A stretch of 63,734 bases of DNA, the filler included, from Octopus bimaculoides (taxonomy: Eukaryota), in NCBI RefSeq assembly GCF_001194135.2. It is 6 parts of 6 records of this genome, joined end to end, with 100 filler letters (N's around TTAATTAATTAA, not from the genome) between each part and the next. Parts side by side here need not be neighbours in the genome. Positions count along the whole stretch, not along the records: positions 1 to 31,544 come from NC_068981.1; 5 more parts are not named here. The stretch is one strand, 5' to 3'. The translations under genes were made by a program, and so were the position numbers. Shown piece after piece: positions 1-13,264 of this stretch. Positions within the stretch are counted from its first letter, which is position 1. Every line of letters begins with the position of its first letter. The notes under the pieces were generated by a model, which was not told the origin of the DNA, did not search any database, and saw nothing but the letters and a program-made list of their open reading frames with translations.

Positions 1-2254
1 ATATATATATATATATATATATATACTTATGTATATGTATAAACTAGCAATGGTAAATTCTTTACTTATCGTTATTACTAAATTACTAAAGCTTACTGAA
101 AACACTAGATTTCATATTACTGTTTTATCTTGAAATAATCAAATTAAGGGGAAAAGAAAATGCTTCATAACACATAGATGATATCAAAATTCTTTATTTT
201 AGCAACAGCGAAGAAGAAATGTGTATTCTTTTGCCGCTGCAGTTCTGTAGGCTACGCCTTTAATTTTCTTTAACATTACTTTGATGTAAATGCCGTGGTG
301 TGAAGATAACCATTAATCTATGTCATGCTTAAGTAGGCGTGCCTCGGTATATATTCTCTGGTGTATTTTACAGAATTGAAAATGAACCTAAAAATCAGTG
401 TTTGGCCACAAGTCTCTCTTGTTGATTATTTAGAAAGAAATAAGTTTTATCATTAATTATTGCTTTCGTTACAATCAATTAACTTTAAATATGTTACCTT
501 TTCTACGTCAAGCATTTTTTTGTCTGTAAAGCTATGTTAGACTTTTACGAGAAACATCTAATATTTACAAAGATTGAGTAAATAATTTTAAGTCTTACAA
601 ATACTTTTAATCGAAATGAATATTGATGTTATTCCATTTGGTTGAAGTTCTCACCTTACTGGGTTATGTAAAAAATGTTTTCCGAATAATTTGCGTAGGC
701 AGAAATAGAATATTAATTTTCTTTCAGTAAGTTGAAAGCATATCGGTGTAAATTCTTTTATTTTGGGTGTAATTGATATAAGAATGAAATTAGTGCAAGA
801 ATTTTTCGATGTAATTGGTGTAAGAATGAAATCACATGGCCCATGTTATTTTGATTAAAAGTTAATGGAAATATATAAATATAAATTATCCTTACGTTTT
901 TACTTTAGCTTCAATTGCTATAGACACAGTGCGTTTGACTGGATGGATAATGGCTCAACCAAGCGAGAAGCAAATGTGTATTCATATTCTATTATTGCTG
1001 CGAAAGCAAAATCAAAACATTTAATAGTTAATTGCATATATAATAGAAAAATAAGCAAGAAATTCGAGATAAATTTAGAATGATTATGATTGTTATTATA
1101 GAAACAACAAAAACAACAATGACGACGACGATGGTGACGATGAAATTAAATAAAGACAATGAATAATAGTAATAATAATAATAATGACGATGATAAAAAG
1201 AAGAAGAAGAATTATAGGTTTCTTATTTGTATATGCTTTTTCATCTGTCAACAATTTCAGTATAAACAGAAAGAAATCTGAAACGTCGCTCAGAGCAGCT
1301 TTAAAAGTTTCGACTGCATCAAAAAAGCAGTGTCTTCCACTGATATTTCACTTCTCTTATTTTACGAAGTAAAATAGGGAGATCTATGAAAGAAAGATGT
1401 GTTCTCTTTTATACATATATAGTGAAACTACCTATCGTCACTAGATANNNNNNNNNNNNNGTCAACACGACTTACTATGTACACCAAACCAAACCTCCGC
1501 GGCATATCTCTCTCTTCGATTCTGTTAGGTGACTCAGCTTCACCACGATAAATAAACAGACAAGAGTTCTTAAACAGACAAGAAATTCTCAGCCAGCGAC
1601 GAACATCTGTATAACAAGAATCAAGGCCCGGCATCGATGCCACGACATCACAACTAGTGATCAGCTCTGCCACACTCAGCCAACTCACTTTCACATACAG
1701 AACTTTTCCTATAGTGTACTAAAGATCTGGTATAATTGCTCACGTGTTATTGACTCTTTTTCTCTGCTGTAATATTTCACATACACATGTATCACTCACA
1801 TACACACTTTTCTTTGTATGACGGCCTGTCTTTGATTATGTTATTATATGTCGCATTCACACTCTCACACAGACATACATCTTTAACGCTACAATAAATA
1901 TCTCTGTTATTCATCTAATACGGTTGTGGTCTTTCATTACTGGTCATCTATGTTATCGTCGCATAACATATTTTGTATATCATCTTCGATATATTATTTT
2001 GTGTTCGACCGTGTGACACGTTTAAATAAAAGGAGTCCTCTGTTTTTCCATTCGTCACCATTTCTCCTTTTTGAGTTAGCACGGTCGTTCCTTACACATA
2101 GGTACCTTACATACGTATACACACAAATACACACGCACAGATGCATTCAATAGCAAGAGAGAGGAAGGGAGAGGAATAGAGAGAGAAAGAGGCAGATAGA
2201 GAAAGAAAGTATACGAGCATTTTCTTGTTCTGAGTATATCTATACTAATATACA

Positions 2255-2285
<31 letters not shown>

Positions 2286-2864
2286 NNNNNNNNNNNNNNN
2301 NNNNNNNNNNNNNNNNNNNNNNNNNNNNNNNNNNNNNNNNNNNNNNNNNNNNNNNNNNNNNNNNNNNNNNNNNNNNNNNNNNNNNNNNNNNNNNNNNNNN
2401 NNNNNNNNNNNNNNNNNNNNNNNNNNNNNNNNNNNNNNNNNNNNNNNNNNNNNNNNNNNNNNNNNNNNNNNNNNNNNNNNNNNNNNNNNNNNNNNNNNNN
2501 NNNNNNNNNNNNNNNNNNNNNNNNNNNNNNNNNNNNNNNNNNNNNNNNNNNNNNNNNNNNNNNNNNNNNNNNNNNNNNNNNNNNNNNNNNNNNNNNNNNN
2601 NNNNNNNNNNNNNNATATTCTTCTATATTTATAAAAATTCCAAATATATAAATACAAAAACACATATAAATAAATAAATATCTATGTGATACCTAGAACA
2701 GTGAATTTTAGAATTAAAAGTTATAGTACAGTGGTGTAATAAAAATTTGAGATGATAAAATGTTAAAGGACGTACTAAAATGCCATAAAATACAAAAACT
2801 AAAAAATTCCATCTACGGGCCGTTTCAGAGACGTTTCAGAGACGTGCCAACTACATACCAGCTG

Positions 2865-3545
2865 GCTGGTATGTAGTTGTATAATTGTATATCTGTATTT
2901 GTTTTTCCAGTATTATGTGAAAACAGCCTGATGTGGGGAGTTTTTTAAAATATGATTTATATGCTGAGTAAGATAGGGGTTCCAGCCTGGTGATGCAAAT
3001 TCCAAGTGTGGACGTACCGTTGTCATATACAATGTTAAATAGATAGCTAGAAAGCGACTGAAAGGTCTTACTGAGTGATGCTAAGACACCGTCAGCCTTC
3101 TTGACAATCTTAGTGATATGGTTTGTCCAACGCAGATTGCTGTTTACTATAATACCCAGATCACGTTCACTAGAAGACTTCTTGAGATTGGTGTTGCTGA
3201 GGGAGTATGTAAAGGCTGATTTTTTTCCTCCCAAAATGCATGGTGAGGCATTTGTTCACAGCTAGTTTGAGTTGCCAGTTAGAGATCCATTGCTACATTG
3301 TGTCTAAGTTTGACTGCAGGAAAGATCTATAGCTCAGAAGATCTGTTCTTTTTATTTCGAGGTGCATCTTGATGTCCTCTTCATATTTCAAAACTGTAAT
3401 ATTCCTCAAGTTGGCATCAATGTCATTAATACATGCAGCAAACAGTAGGGGTCCAAGAACAGAAGTCATCTCGTAGGATTGAGAATGATGTCCTAAAACC
3501 ATAACAACCTTTTTATGTGTGTATAATTTGGCGCGCATATATCAA
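2865..3545 (-). mobile_element. Decayed CR1/L2-group LINE reverse transcriptase fragment
   Basis: Minus-strand ORFs 3293-3538 and 2851-3234 give LGPLLFAACIND..VLKYEEDIK (degenerate RT YADD region), then ERDLGIIVNSNLRWTNHITKIVKKA, a typical CR1/L2 post-RT motif. Broken by frameshifts. Confidence 0.85.
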
Positions 3546-3589
3546 TGTATTTATCATGGGGTGCATGGAGAGCGGCAAGAATTCGAAGA

Positions 3590-3760
3590 AACAGACTAAA
3601 ACGTCAGTATGTCATCGCTGTTGTTTTACATCATCGGTGAACACTTCCGTTTAGACGCTACGTGTTCATAAACACGCGATTCACTGGCTTAAGGGGAGCT
3701 TTGAGTCACCGCGGTGTTTCGAACTTATCTTTTGTCTCTTCAGTGAAAGCTATCTCATCA
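3590..3760 (-). repeat. Hammerhead-bearing dispersed repeat (family H1), copy 1
   Basis: Aligns by eye with 20070-20230 (+) and 19565-19690 (+); shared motifs GAGATAGCTTTSA, TCAAAGC..CTTAAG..TGAATCGC..TTATGAACAC. Confidence 0.75.
3698..3750 (-). ncRNA. Type I hammerhead ribozyme, degenerate (U16.1 to A)
   Basis: Minus strand reads gctttca CTGAAGA gac-aaaagataa-gttc GAAAC accgcggt GAC tcaaagc. Stem I 6/7 paired, core intact, palindromic stem III, cleavage triplet GAC instead of GUC. Confidence 0.7.
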
Positions 3761-3795
3761 TATATTATTGCATATATAATTATCATAGTATAATA

Positions 3796-3922
3796 CAGGG
3801 TGTCCACAAAGTCTGGGTACATGGAGTAAATAAAATCATAACATAAACAATTAAATATAAGAAATAATAATTTCTTAAAGTATGTGTTAATCCTCATGTA
3901 CCCAGACTTTGCGAACATCCTG
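3796..3922. mobile_element. 127-bp Tc1/mariner-type MITE
   Basis: 28-bp TIRs CAGGGTGTCCACAAAGTCTGGGTACATG / CATGTACCCAGACTTTGCGAACATCCTG (25/28 match) flanked by TA on both sides. Confidence 0.9.
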
Positions 3923-3960
3923 TATATTGTATGCGTTTTTGTGCGCATGTGTGGGTGTGC

Positions 3961-3996
<36 letters not shown>

Positions 3997-5171
3997 NNNN
4001 NNNNNNNNNNNNNNNNNNNNNNNNNNNNNNNNNNNNNNNNNNNNNNNNNNNNNNNNNNNNNNNNNNNNNNNNNNNNNNNNNNNNTGTGTGTGTGTGTGTG
4101 TGTGTGTTCGATTACTAGCTGCAACATAATCCTCCTCAGATATTTCCTTGTTATTTATAAAGATAAATATTCACTTAATATTTTCTGTATGTTAGGTTTA
4201 CTCACTATTTATATGTCTTTCTATAAATTAATATAGTTTTCTGTATGGCGTTTTATTGTGGTTTACTAATGATAGATTTTTTGCTGGTGTTGAATTGTTT
4301 TTAGAAACGTTGTCAGATTTAAGTTAAGTTTCGAAGACCTCGATGCCATTTCGATAAGTAGATCACTTGACACTTCCTTTAGCAGCCCGGTCTTTCAGAT
4401 TCTTGATTTTGAAGCCATTTCATCCTTCTTGGTCACTTTGACTTACACGTCTTCTATTACTTTTAAGATGTGGATAAAGTGTCTGCCTTGGCATTCTACC
4501 GCTCTCTTTCAAAATATCTCGAACCGCTTAAGAACGTTAACATTTGACTGTATCTTGTCAGGTGATATCCAGAATCCTACTGAGGAATTTTTGTTAAGCT
4601 ATGCAAGATTTATGGGTGCTTTAAATATTCACTCAGTGTCTCACGGTATAAAGAAGCTTCGAATCACGGCTTCTTACAGCTGATATTTGTGAAACAATTA
4701 AGATTTAAGAGCTTAACTTTGCGAAGTTGTGCTATATTTCAGAGAACTGTATTTAGTTTTTGTTTTTTCATTTGCCTATATGGAAATAAGGTGATCTACA
4801 TAACAAAAGTCTCTGACAACCTTCAGAGCAACGTTTAAAGTAACCATTGAATGAAGTGTGTATGTGGTGAGGGAATGATATAACTGGCTTCTAAAGATGA
4901 TATAACCGGTTCCTTAAATGATGGCTATTGCTGAATATTATCTTCATGCTTTGTAGATTGATTTCTTGTTGACATGAAACTGGTGTAAGGGATCATAAAT
5001 TGTTAGGCAAAGTTTTATGATTGAACGGTCGGATTTGTAACAATGGTGAGGTTGCCACTTTATTTCTGCCTTTATTAGTATTACACACGGACACAGGCAT
5101 ACATGCATGTATGCATGCATGCATACATACATACATACATACATACATACATACATACATACATACATACA

Positions 5172-5775
5172 TAAGCACAACAGACCTGATATAATGATTT
5201 GGGATAGAGAAGAGAAACTGTGCACAGTTGTGGAAATTAGCTGCCCAGTGGATGTGAACATAAAGCTGAAGATCAGTGAAAAAGAGTACACCTATGTTGA
5301 ACTATTGAGAAATCTGCAGTTATTCTGTCCAGATTACAAGTTCAGATTCATACCTGTAATTATTGGGGACCTGGGATTTGTAACACACTACCTAAATACC
5401 AATCTTGAGAAATAAGGCTTCTCAAAATCGGAAAGGAGAAAGCTAAATCTAATACTACCGATCCAATCCATCACTGGAACTGTAAAAATCTGTAAAAATT
5501 TCCAGAAGTTTATCATTTAAATATATATGAACGTGTCTAGATAGGCAACTATATGCATGAGAATACACACATAAAACATACAAATCTGTATATACATACA
5601 TACATACATACATACATACATACATACATACATACATACATACGTACATACATACATACAAAAATACAAAAATACACTGTTGATGTTGAAATTCCAATGA
5701 AGGAGCCTTGAATCTAGGTTAGAAACCAGTTCTTTATCTATTGACAAGAAATCTTGAAATAAACTGAATAATGAC
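5172..5775 (+). mobile_element. 3' end of an RLE-type (R4/Dong-like) non-LTR retrotransposon
   Basis: HNRPDIMIWDREEKLCTVVEISCP..EKEYTY..FIPVIIGDLG is the PD-(D/E)xK restriction-like endonuclease. Reads on through a stop to GTVKICKNFQKFII* (5518), then a 3' UTR with (CATA)n. Confidence 0.85.
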
Positions 5776-6853
5776 ATACATACATATACACACATATGTA
5801 ACCTGTGGGTTTTCTGTCTTTTTTTATAAAAGTTTGTGTGTGTGACTGTGTGCGTATGCTTGTGTTCAAGCATTAAAAATCCGTAAAAGGTGGCAGAAGT
5901 AAAACCCACCATTTTTGCCTGGTACCCCTCTAGTTTTCCTATAAGAAACAGAATCTCAAGCAATGACTCCATGTTAAAAGAAGTCACTTCTTTAGAAACT
6001 ATATACCGTTATGCGCATTTTACTTCAATTACTTTCATTAATTTACTTATTTATTTATTTTTTTCAATTTCTAATTAGCAATATTGTACACATTTTATTA
6101 TAGCGTGTCTTAATAATAAGATATTAAATTTTAATGTAAACACGAAGTCAATAACATTTAAATTATTTCATGATATTGTGTTTAAAATCCAAGTAATTTC
6201 ATATGAATTCAGAAAAATAATATGTCCTATAAAATATGTCGTATAAAATGTACACAAGAAGCTAACAATTACAACAGCATTCAATTTGACGCTGTATTGC
6301 CAGAGACTCTCGCTTACGAATCTCAATATTATTTTGTGCTGTGCTATAGCACACAGATACAGCATTAATATACCAGTAAAGTTATTTATCACAGACTAAG
6401 GTGACATTTCGGATAATAAGTATTTCTTTAGCTTTGTATGCATTCCCTAACTGCATTTTATCGACAATTCATTGCTACATAAGTCAGTCAATTATAGGTT
6501 GTAAAATACTTTGAAGTCAAAAGTCATCTAAGAATATCTAAAGATCAAAACAGCAGCAACAATAACATCATTATTAAAGTAAAACGCTTGCTAGAGCAGA
6601 AAAGTGATGTTTTTATGCAACTCCAGATCAAATATGATTTCAATTCCTCGATGAAGCATTTCGCCTCATTTACATTTATTATGCTCTCAGAAAGTGCAGA
6701 AACGGCAGTGATAATTCTCGAATAGATGAAATGCTTTATCAAACTACATATTGAATAGAAATGCCTCCAGGGATTAAATATTAACAACCATATTCACATG
6801 TTTAGTTCAGTTGGCTCGTCATCTATTTTTCAGATTTGGGGGCTTGTACTTAT

Positions 6854-6913
6854 GCAAATTTGCTTGTGTTTAAGCAAATTTGCTTGTGCTGAAGCAAATT
6901 TGCTTGTGCTTGC
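6854..6913. repeat. 3 x 20-bp tandem repeat with palindromic GCAAATTTGC core
   Basis: Units GCAAATTTGCTTGTG(T/C)T(T/G)(A/C)A at 6854, 6874 and 6894. Confidence 0.9.
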
Positions 6914-7566
6914 AAAGAACTAATTTATCAAGAAATAACTTATCTTATAAATTCATTTTCGTACATACCGTAAATTATAAAGCATATTTGTATGTCACTG
7001 GAATTAGTGCAGTTACTGATATTATAGCTACTGTTTTGTTCCTTTGATAAGTTAGCATGAATTTTGACTTCAGTGTATTTTACAACACACAAATGACTCA
7101 GTAAATAAGCAATGAATTGCCGATAAAATGGTTGTCTGAACTGTCAACTTAGTCTATAATAAATATGTATGTATATCACTACTGTGTTTTAAGTTATAAC
7201 ACAGTACCAAGTGTTATCAGATTTCTAAGACAGAATTGGCGCAATGGTCTAGGCATCTTTAGTTTGTGGTGAAATACATAAGTGTTATTCATGCACGCCG
7301 TATTTTTTATATGGCAAGTTATTTCTTCTGAAAAACTTTGAAATTATGGCAGTTGATGCGAGATATTTTAAAACAATTTAGGTGTAGTTGATTGCATGCT
7401 TAAATTAAATTTAATATGTTACTATATAACACGCTATAATAAAATGTGCATAAATATTGCTAATTAGAAATGTGAAAAATGAGAAACTCCAAGGAGCAAA
7501 ACGCACATATCAGAATTTTCTTTCTAAATAATTGACTTTTCATGGCAAGAAGCTCTGTCTACAGTT

Positions 7567-7669
<103 letters not shown>

Positions 7670-7881
7670 AACAGCTAGCGTAATACTAGTAACAAACAAC
7701 GCAGTTTCTTTCTCCCTTCTTTCAGTAATTCTTGATGTTTTAACAAGCCTTTCGCCATTTTTCTTGCTTCATTTGTCTTCTTTCAGTTATTCTTATTTTT
7801 CCGCCATTTACACCCTCATTATAATCATTAACTCACAAACATTATATCTTCTTTTCATCGTTCCCCCATCTATCTCACTCA

Positions 7882-7925
<44 letters not shown>

Positions 7926-9264
7926 GGATATATATATATATATATTCACACACAGGTGTGTGCGTATGTGTGTGTATAACTACCTTCCTGTCTCTATTAT
8001 TTTCCCTATTATCCCCTCATGTGCTTTTATTTCTGTTATTTTCCCACAATGGATTCCTATTTACGCTCATCTGACCGTTGCGTGACTGCTGAAATTCTCT
8101 CTCCTCTCTCTCGCTTTCTTTGTCTCCTCGTCATTCCAATATATCAATTCTCTACTTAGCTGTTTATATATCTCATGTAGCTCTCTATATACAAATTGCT
8201 GTCTCTTTCATCTTCCTTTTATATCCCACTGTGGCTATGCGGAGGGAGAACGAACAAACGAACAAAAATCTTAATAAGTAATCTAGTGTTTTATATATTA
8301 ATATCATTTGCTGAAGAAATGAATTGTAAAATGAATTGCAGAGTCATGAACTCTTTATCGTTCTGTCTTCACTTTCCTATATCTCCCGTGACACAATAGA
8401 AAAACATCTGTAAATGTTTCCACTAATAACATAATTATACAAAACGTTTCATAGCCCCTCATTAAAGAAAGACAATCCTTCAATAAAATATTAATAAGCA
8501 ATTATTGACAGACAACGCTACTTATATTCTTAGACACATTATTATATCAGTTTATCATTTAGCATTAACCGGTTATTCTGTAGAGCCTATCATCAAGTTC
8601 TTTGCGACTTTGCAATCATGAATAGCTTTACTAAAATCATTTAATCTTTCTTATCAATAAAAAAAAAACCTGTTATACATTGTCAGCAATTGTATTTCAA
8701 TGTATCACTGAATTAGTTTCATTGTGGTACATAAAACAAACGAATTGGCTTCTTTTGTCTTTACTGGTAAATATATTCTATTCATTATTTGTAAACATAT
8801 TTCTTCGAATTGCCTTTTAACACCTGATAAGCATTTGTATGTCTCTCCTATTTTGGAATTGTTCTGGACCGTGTTGCATGTATATTCATTATAATATAAT
8901 TGTTCACAATTTCATTTACAATAATGCACCATAATACATATGAATTTTACTTAGAATTAACGTATAGCTGGTGGAGCCCATGGAAATTCCAGGACTGTAT
9001 TTGATACTGCAGGATTGTTGGAAGTTTATAGAGAAATATAAGATACATAATCTCTTTAGAAATTGTACATATTTCGGATGAGATTGGTAATAAAGATGGT
9101 TTTTAAATCCATTAGAAGTCTAGTCTTCGGACACAGCCTCTTTGACAACTATATTTTGTTGTTGTACATTTGTCACATATACTCTGTTGAGTGTTGTTAG
9201 CTATTATCCTTCACTTCATGTCAGTAATTAAATAAATAAAATCAGAGCTTGAATCTAAATATAA

Positions 9265-9458
9265 TATTGGCTTCAAATTTTGACATAAGGCCAGCAGTTT
9301 CAGAGGATGGGTAAGTTGGTTACACTTACCACTGCTCAACTGGTACTTATTTTATCCACCCCAAAAGGATAAAAGACAAAACCGATCTCAGCAGAATTCG
9401 ATCTCAGAACGCAGCTAAGCATTTTGTCCGGCGTGCTAACGATTCTACCAGCTCGCCA
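9265..9458 (-). mobile_element. SINE family A, degenerate copy
   Basis: Reverse complement of the GGCGAGCTGGCAGAATCGTTAGCACG..GAGTTCAAATTC..ATAAAATAAGTACCAGT consensus seen in other copies. Confidence 0.8.
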
Positions 9459-9778
9459 CTTTTAAAGAAAATATATTATTCTCTCATGGTAAGGTGTCGT
9501 TTACAAAAAATTAACAAATCTAACGATGGTGCTCCAAGAGTAAATCCACATATGCTGTACTAAATCCTTATTTTCATATCAGAGAAAACTTATTACAGCT
9601 AGACTGGAAAGCAAAGAGGTTCGAGTGGGTTTCCAGTATTTCGTTCGCTGACAAGCACGTGAAGTACAGCAGTTGCCATACTGGGTTGTTAAATACTAAA
9701 TTCTTGGAAAGTTTTACAGTTCCAGTGATAAATCGGATCTGTGTTTACTTTGTCTCTTTCAGTATTATGTATACCTGT

Positions 9779-9864
<86 letters not shown>

Positions 9865-10254
9865 TGTCTCCAAAACTTCAAAGTTGAGTAACGTTTTCGT
9901 GTTTGGATTTGTAAACTACGATAAGAATAACACTGGTCAACAAAGAATTTATCCCAAGAAAAAGAATACCTGTATCTCATATGTTTTTGCATGCAGAATT
10001 CAGAAATATTGTCAAGTTATCTGTGCTAAGTTCACATATTCTATATTCATAATGCCAAAGAAACTGTATTAACATTGCAAACAACTTTTGCTATATATGA
10101 AAATATGTAAAATATTAAGACAATTGACGAAAAATATCTATAATAAAATTCTAATTGATAACTATAATCTTTTATTAAAACAAAACACGCGGGTGGAGTA
10201 AATCTCGTGGTGTGAAGAATCAACACGAGTGGGTGAAACACAACACAACGTGCA

Positions 10255-10285
10255 GTTGCCATGGTAACAAGCTGTTGATTGGCTA
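10255..10285. promoter_or_regulatory. RFX X-box plus adjacent inverted CCAAT (NF-Y) box; candidate promoter
   Basis: GTTGCCATGGTAAC (10255-10268) matches the X-box consensus GTNRCC-N2-RGYAAC. TTGATTGGCTA follows 6 bp later. Unique, locally CpG-bearing sequence. Confidence 0.5.
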
Positions 10286-10512
10286 ACATTACCCGAATTT
10301 CCCAACTTTAATTCCAAATAACATCAGATTCTTTAATTTACGGGATAGTAAATTGTAAGTAATTGGTTGGTCGTAATCAAGCATTCAGAGTTGCATTGAT
10401 ACACCAAAATTGAAAGCAATCGGAGCAAAATTAAAGGGGGCTCATTTTGCGAATGAGAAAGACAAGGTCCCGTGTCTTCTATTTTGAGAATCTCTGCATT
10501 TCAATATGTTGA

Positions 10513-10925
10513 TACTCTTTACTCTCTTTTACTCTTTTACTTGTTTCAGTCATTTGACTGTGGCCATGCTGGAACACCGTCTTTAGTCGAGCAAATCAAC
10601 CCCAGCACTTATTCATTGTAAGCCTAGTACTTATTCTATCGGTCTGCTTTGCCGAACCGCTAAGTTAAGGGAACGCAAACACACCACCATCGGTTGTCAA
10701 GCGATGTTGGGGGGACAAACAGACACACAAACATATACACACACATACATATATATATACATATATACGATGGGCTTCTTTCAGTTTCCGCCTACCAAAT
10801 CCACTCACAAGGCTTTGGTCGGCCCGAGGCTATAATAGAACTTGCCCAAGGTGCCACGCAGTGGAAATGAACCCGGAACGACGTGGTTGGTAAGCAAGTT
10901 ACTTACCACACAGCCACTCGTGCCC
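10513..10925 (-). mobile_element. SINE family B, near full length
   Basis: tRNA-like head GTGGCTGTGTGGTAAG..GTTCCGGGTT, central GGCACCTTGGGCAAG..GGATTTGGTAG.CGGAAACTGAAAGAAGCCC, internal (TA/TG)n, AAAAGAGT tail. Confidence 0.9.
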
Positions 10926-11344
10926 CACATATATTATGTATATGAATTCTTTTTTTGTATTTACTGCTAAAAACCAGTGTTGTTGCTTATGCTCCATGAC
11001 CTACTCGTCGACAATGGGGATCGTAACATAAGGAACGGATTTGAAAATAAGTACTGATCCAATATGCTCGATTAAACCTTCGAGCGCCACGGCACAATGA
11101 GTAAAAACGAATAAAAACTAACCGATTAAAAGATTATATATGTGTGTATGTGTGCACGGGTGTCACACTTCATTTAAAATATTCATTAGTTAATTATCTT
11201 ATGAATAAACAAATAAATGTCATGTCTTTCGTTTCGTTCCAGAGTTAGATCGTTTTATACATAATATTGTTTAATCGTTAAGAATAATGATTTGGCTTAA
11301 TTTTCTCAGTTTCTTTGATATAAATGATTTTACGCTCTCTCTTT

Positions 11345-11690
11345 CTTTCTGTTATTTTTTTTTTTGCATCTGTGTGTTCCATGATCATATCTAGCCATTT
11401 GCTTCAATTGTACGATCGGTCTTCAAGGAGAAATCCTTTAAAAATCCTCTATCACTCGACGTAATAGCCTCTGACTCGTGTTCATCCCATTTCTCCGTAA
11501 CCGGAAACCCAGAAACTTGGCCGACATTTCGATACTCTCTTTTTCTGACATTGTCATAGCTTATTGCACTCGCTTTGAAGCTCGTTAATACTCTCGTCCA
11601 GTTTTCCGCACATCCTACATTTTTGCTGTCTTGCTAAGTTTCGTTCATGTTTGTTTTAATCATATTCATTCTAATGATCTCATTCAGAAT
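11345..11690 (-). mobile_element. Decayed R4/Dong-like LINE fragment (zinc-knuckle region)
   Basis: Minus translation KCRMCGKLDESINELQSECNKL resembles the CRMC..ESISHI..C motif at 28919-29290. Confidence 0.6.
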
Positions 11691-11709
11691 TTCTATTAAT
11701 ATTCAGTAT

Positions 11710-12200
11710 TTTTTATTGTTATGACGTGCTTTCAGTGCACTACCGAGTGCAGCTCTGTGAGGCTTGCGTATGTGTTGTGGTTTGTTGTAATATTGTTCAT
11801 TTTACTGTATTGAAATTGCTTTACGTAGGATGTGCTCGGTACTTAGCAGCACTATTTTCTCTCCCTCTATATATATATTCCTAAGTCATGGTCTTTTGAT
11901 TATATATTTGTCTGTAAGTTTTTAACTATGCATAAAGCACTTATTATTATCAGGATTATTTCTGGCTTCAGACCTCACATTCAGTTATCTCCATTTCCAA
12001 ATCTTTTATTTCGAGAGATTTTTCGTTTCTTCTGGAGATACATCGTCATCTGATATATTACTTAGAAGGCATTTATTTCTTGGCGGTCCCTCAAAATATC
12101 TTTTCTATTAGCCTTGATCTCTCTATCTGTGTGTATTGACGTACTGCAGAGTATCGTTGTTTTGTCATTTTTTGAAACCTTTCCTGGGCTATGCCTATAC
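11710..12200 (-). mobile_element. R4/Dong-like LINE RLE domain and 3' UTR
   Basis: Decayed frames give HTDREIKANR..KDLEMEIT..IVLLSTEHILRKAISIQ*. The 3' UTR (GAGCTGCACTCGGTAGTG) matches 62327-62455. Confidence 0.8.
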
Positions 12201-12304
12201 TATTTGTTTCGTGTTGTCATTCCGTCATTATTATTCTTACTATTATTATTTTTATTGAGTGAGAGAACAGCGCATATCATTAAAGTGACACTGAGCTAAA
12301 ATAT

Positions 12305-12580
12305 ACGAAGCCCAGTATACCCATCATGACTCGCCGTCTGATAAGGGTACACCAAGCACATGCATCACAACCATATGTGCCGTGACATAGTGATTTCCTA
12401 TCAAGAAAAACAGCGCATGACCTTGCAGGTGGGGCCCAGTTAGAATCTTCTTCAGATCGAATAAACCTTCTCGCTTAAAAGGTCCCTGAATAAGGGTTGC
12501 TTAAGGATGTTGAATGAAACGTGTTTCCAAAGGTGAATTATCCAAATCCCAAAGAATTCCTCTCAACACATAGCTATGAT
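12305..12580. repeat. Probable interspersed repeat fragment
   Basis: GC-richer block (GATAAGGGTACACC..GGTGGGGCCCAGTTAGAAT..GGTCCCTGAATAAGGG) that I recognise as an octopus repeat. No second copy in the window. Confidence 0.4.
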
Positions 12581-12659
12581 TATTATTTGGTTCTGTCTTA
12601 TTCTTGGTAAGATTTGTGTGGGTAGCGGGTTACTACTTGTAACCCTAGGTATCCATAAG

Positions 12660-13135
12660 TTCTGAGTAGTCTTTCAAGTGCTTAAAACCCTCCTGATAAT
12701 CCTTGCTGTCCCTAAGAGACAAACTTTCTGTAGGATCTCTACCGGGCATTCTGTTTCAATCTCCTCAAGCCATTTGTCTGTATCTTTCGTTACTGTTCCC
12801 AAGACACCAATTATTATAGGCATGACCTTTACTGTTTGCATGCTCCAAGTTCTTCCCATTTCGAATTTTTAGGGGTTGTATTTTTTAGTTTTCTTTCAGG
12901 CATGATGAGTCAATAAGTGAACACCTTCACTTTTCCCTATCTATAATTCTTATGTACGATCTATTATTTTCTAACTTCTTGTCTGTTTGAATAGGAAAGT
13001 CCCACAAAATCTCACACTTCTCCGAATCCAGTACTCTTTCGACTCGATGGATGTACCATATGTTTCCAGCTTAAAATCCCCATTTCTGGCCTCAGTTTCC
13101 AGTGTAAAACTTTTACAACCTGCTCGTGCCTCCAA
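12660..13135 (-). mobile_element. R4/Dong-like LINE 3' coding fragment
   Basis: WRHEQVVKVLHWKL..EILWDFPIQTDKKLENNR..VKVMPIIIGVLG..LQKVCLLGTARIIRRVLST*. Confidence 0.9.
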
Positions 13136-13264
13136 TTCTTCTTCTTCTTCTTCTTCTTCTTCTTCTTCTTCTTCTTCTTCTTCTTCTTCTTCTTCTTCTT
13201 CTTCTTCTTCTTCTTCTTCTTCTTCTTCTTCTTCTTCTTCTTCTTCTTCTTCTTCTTCTTCTTC
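13135..13264. repeat. (TTC)n microsatellite
   Basis: About 43 perfect TTC units, seen directly. Confidence 0.97.

Noticed and set aside
1458-1750. CpG-richer unique block resembling an LTR or 5' UTR
   Set aside because: No second LTR copy, no TG..CA ends with TSD, no PBS; nothing to support a call.
9575-9780. Open frame ENLLQLDWKAKRFEW.. (+) and short ATG ORF MATAVLHV.. (-) near the X-box
   Set aside because: No recognisable homology, no convincing splice pair, and the frame runs into (GT)n.
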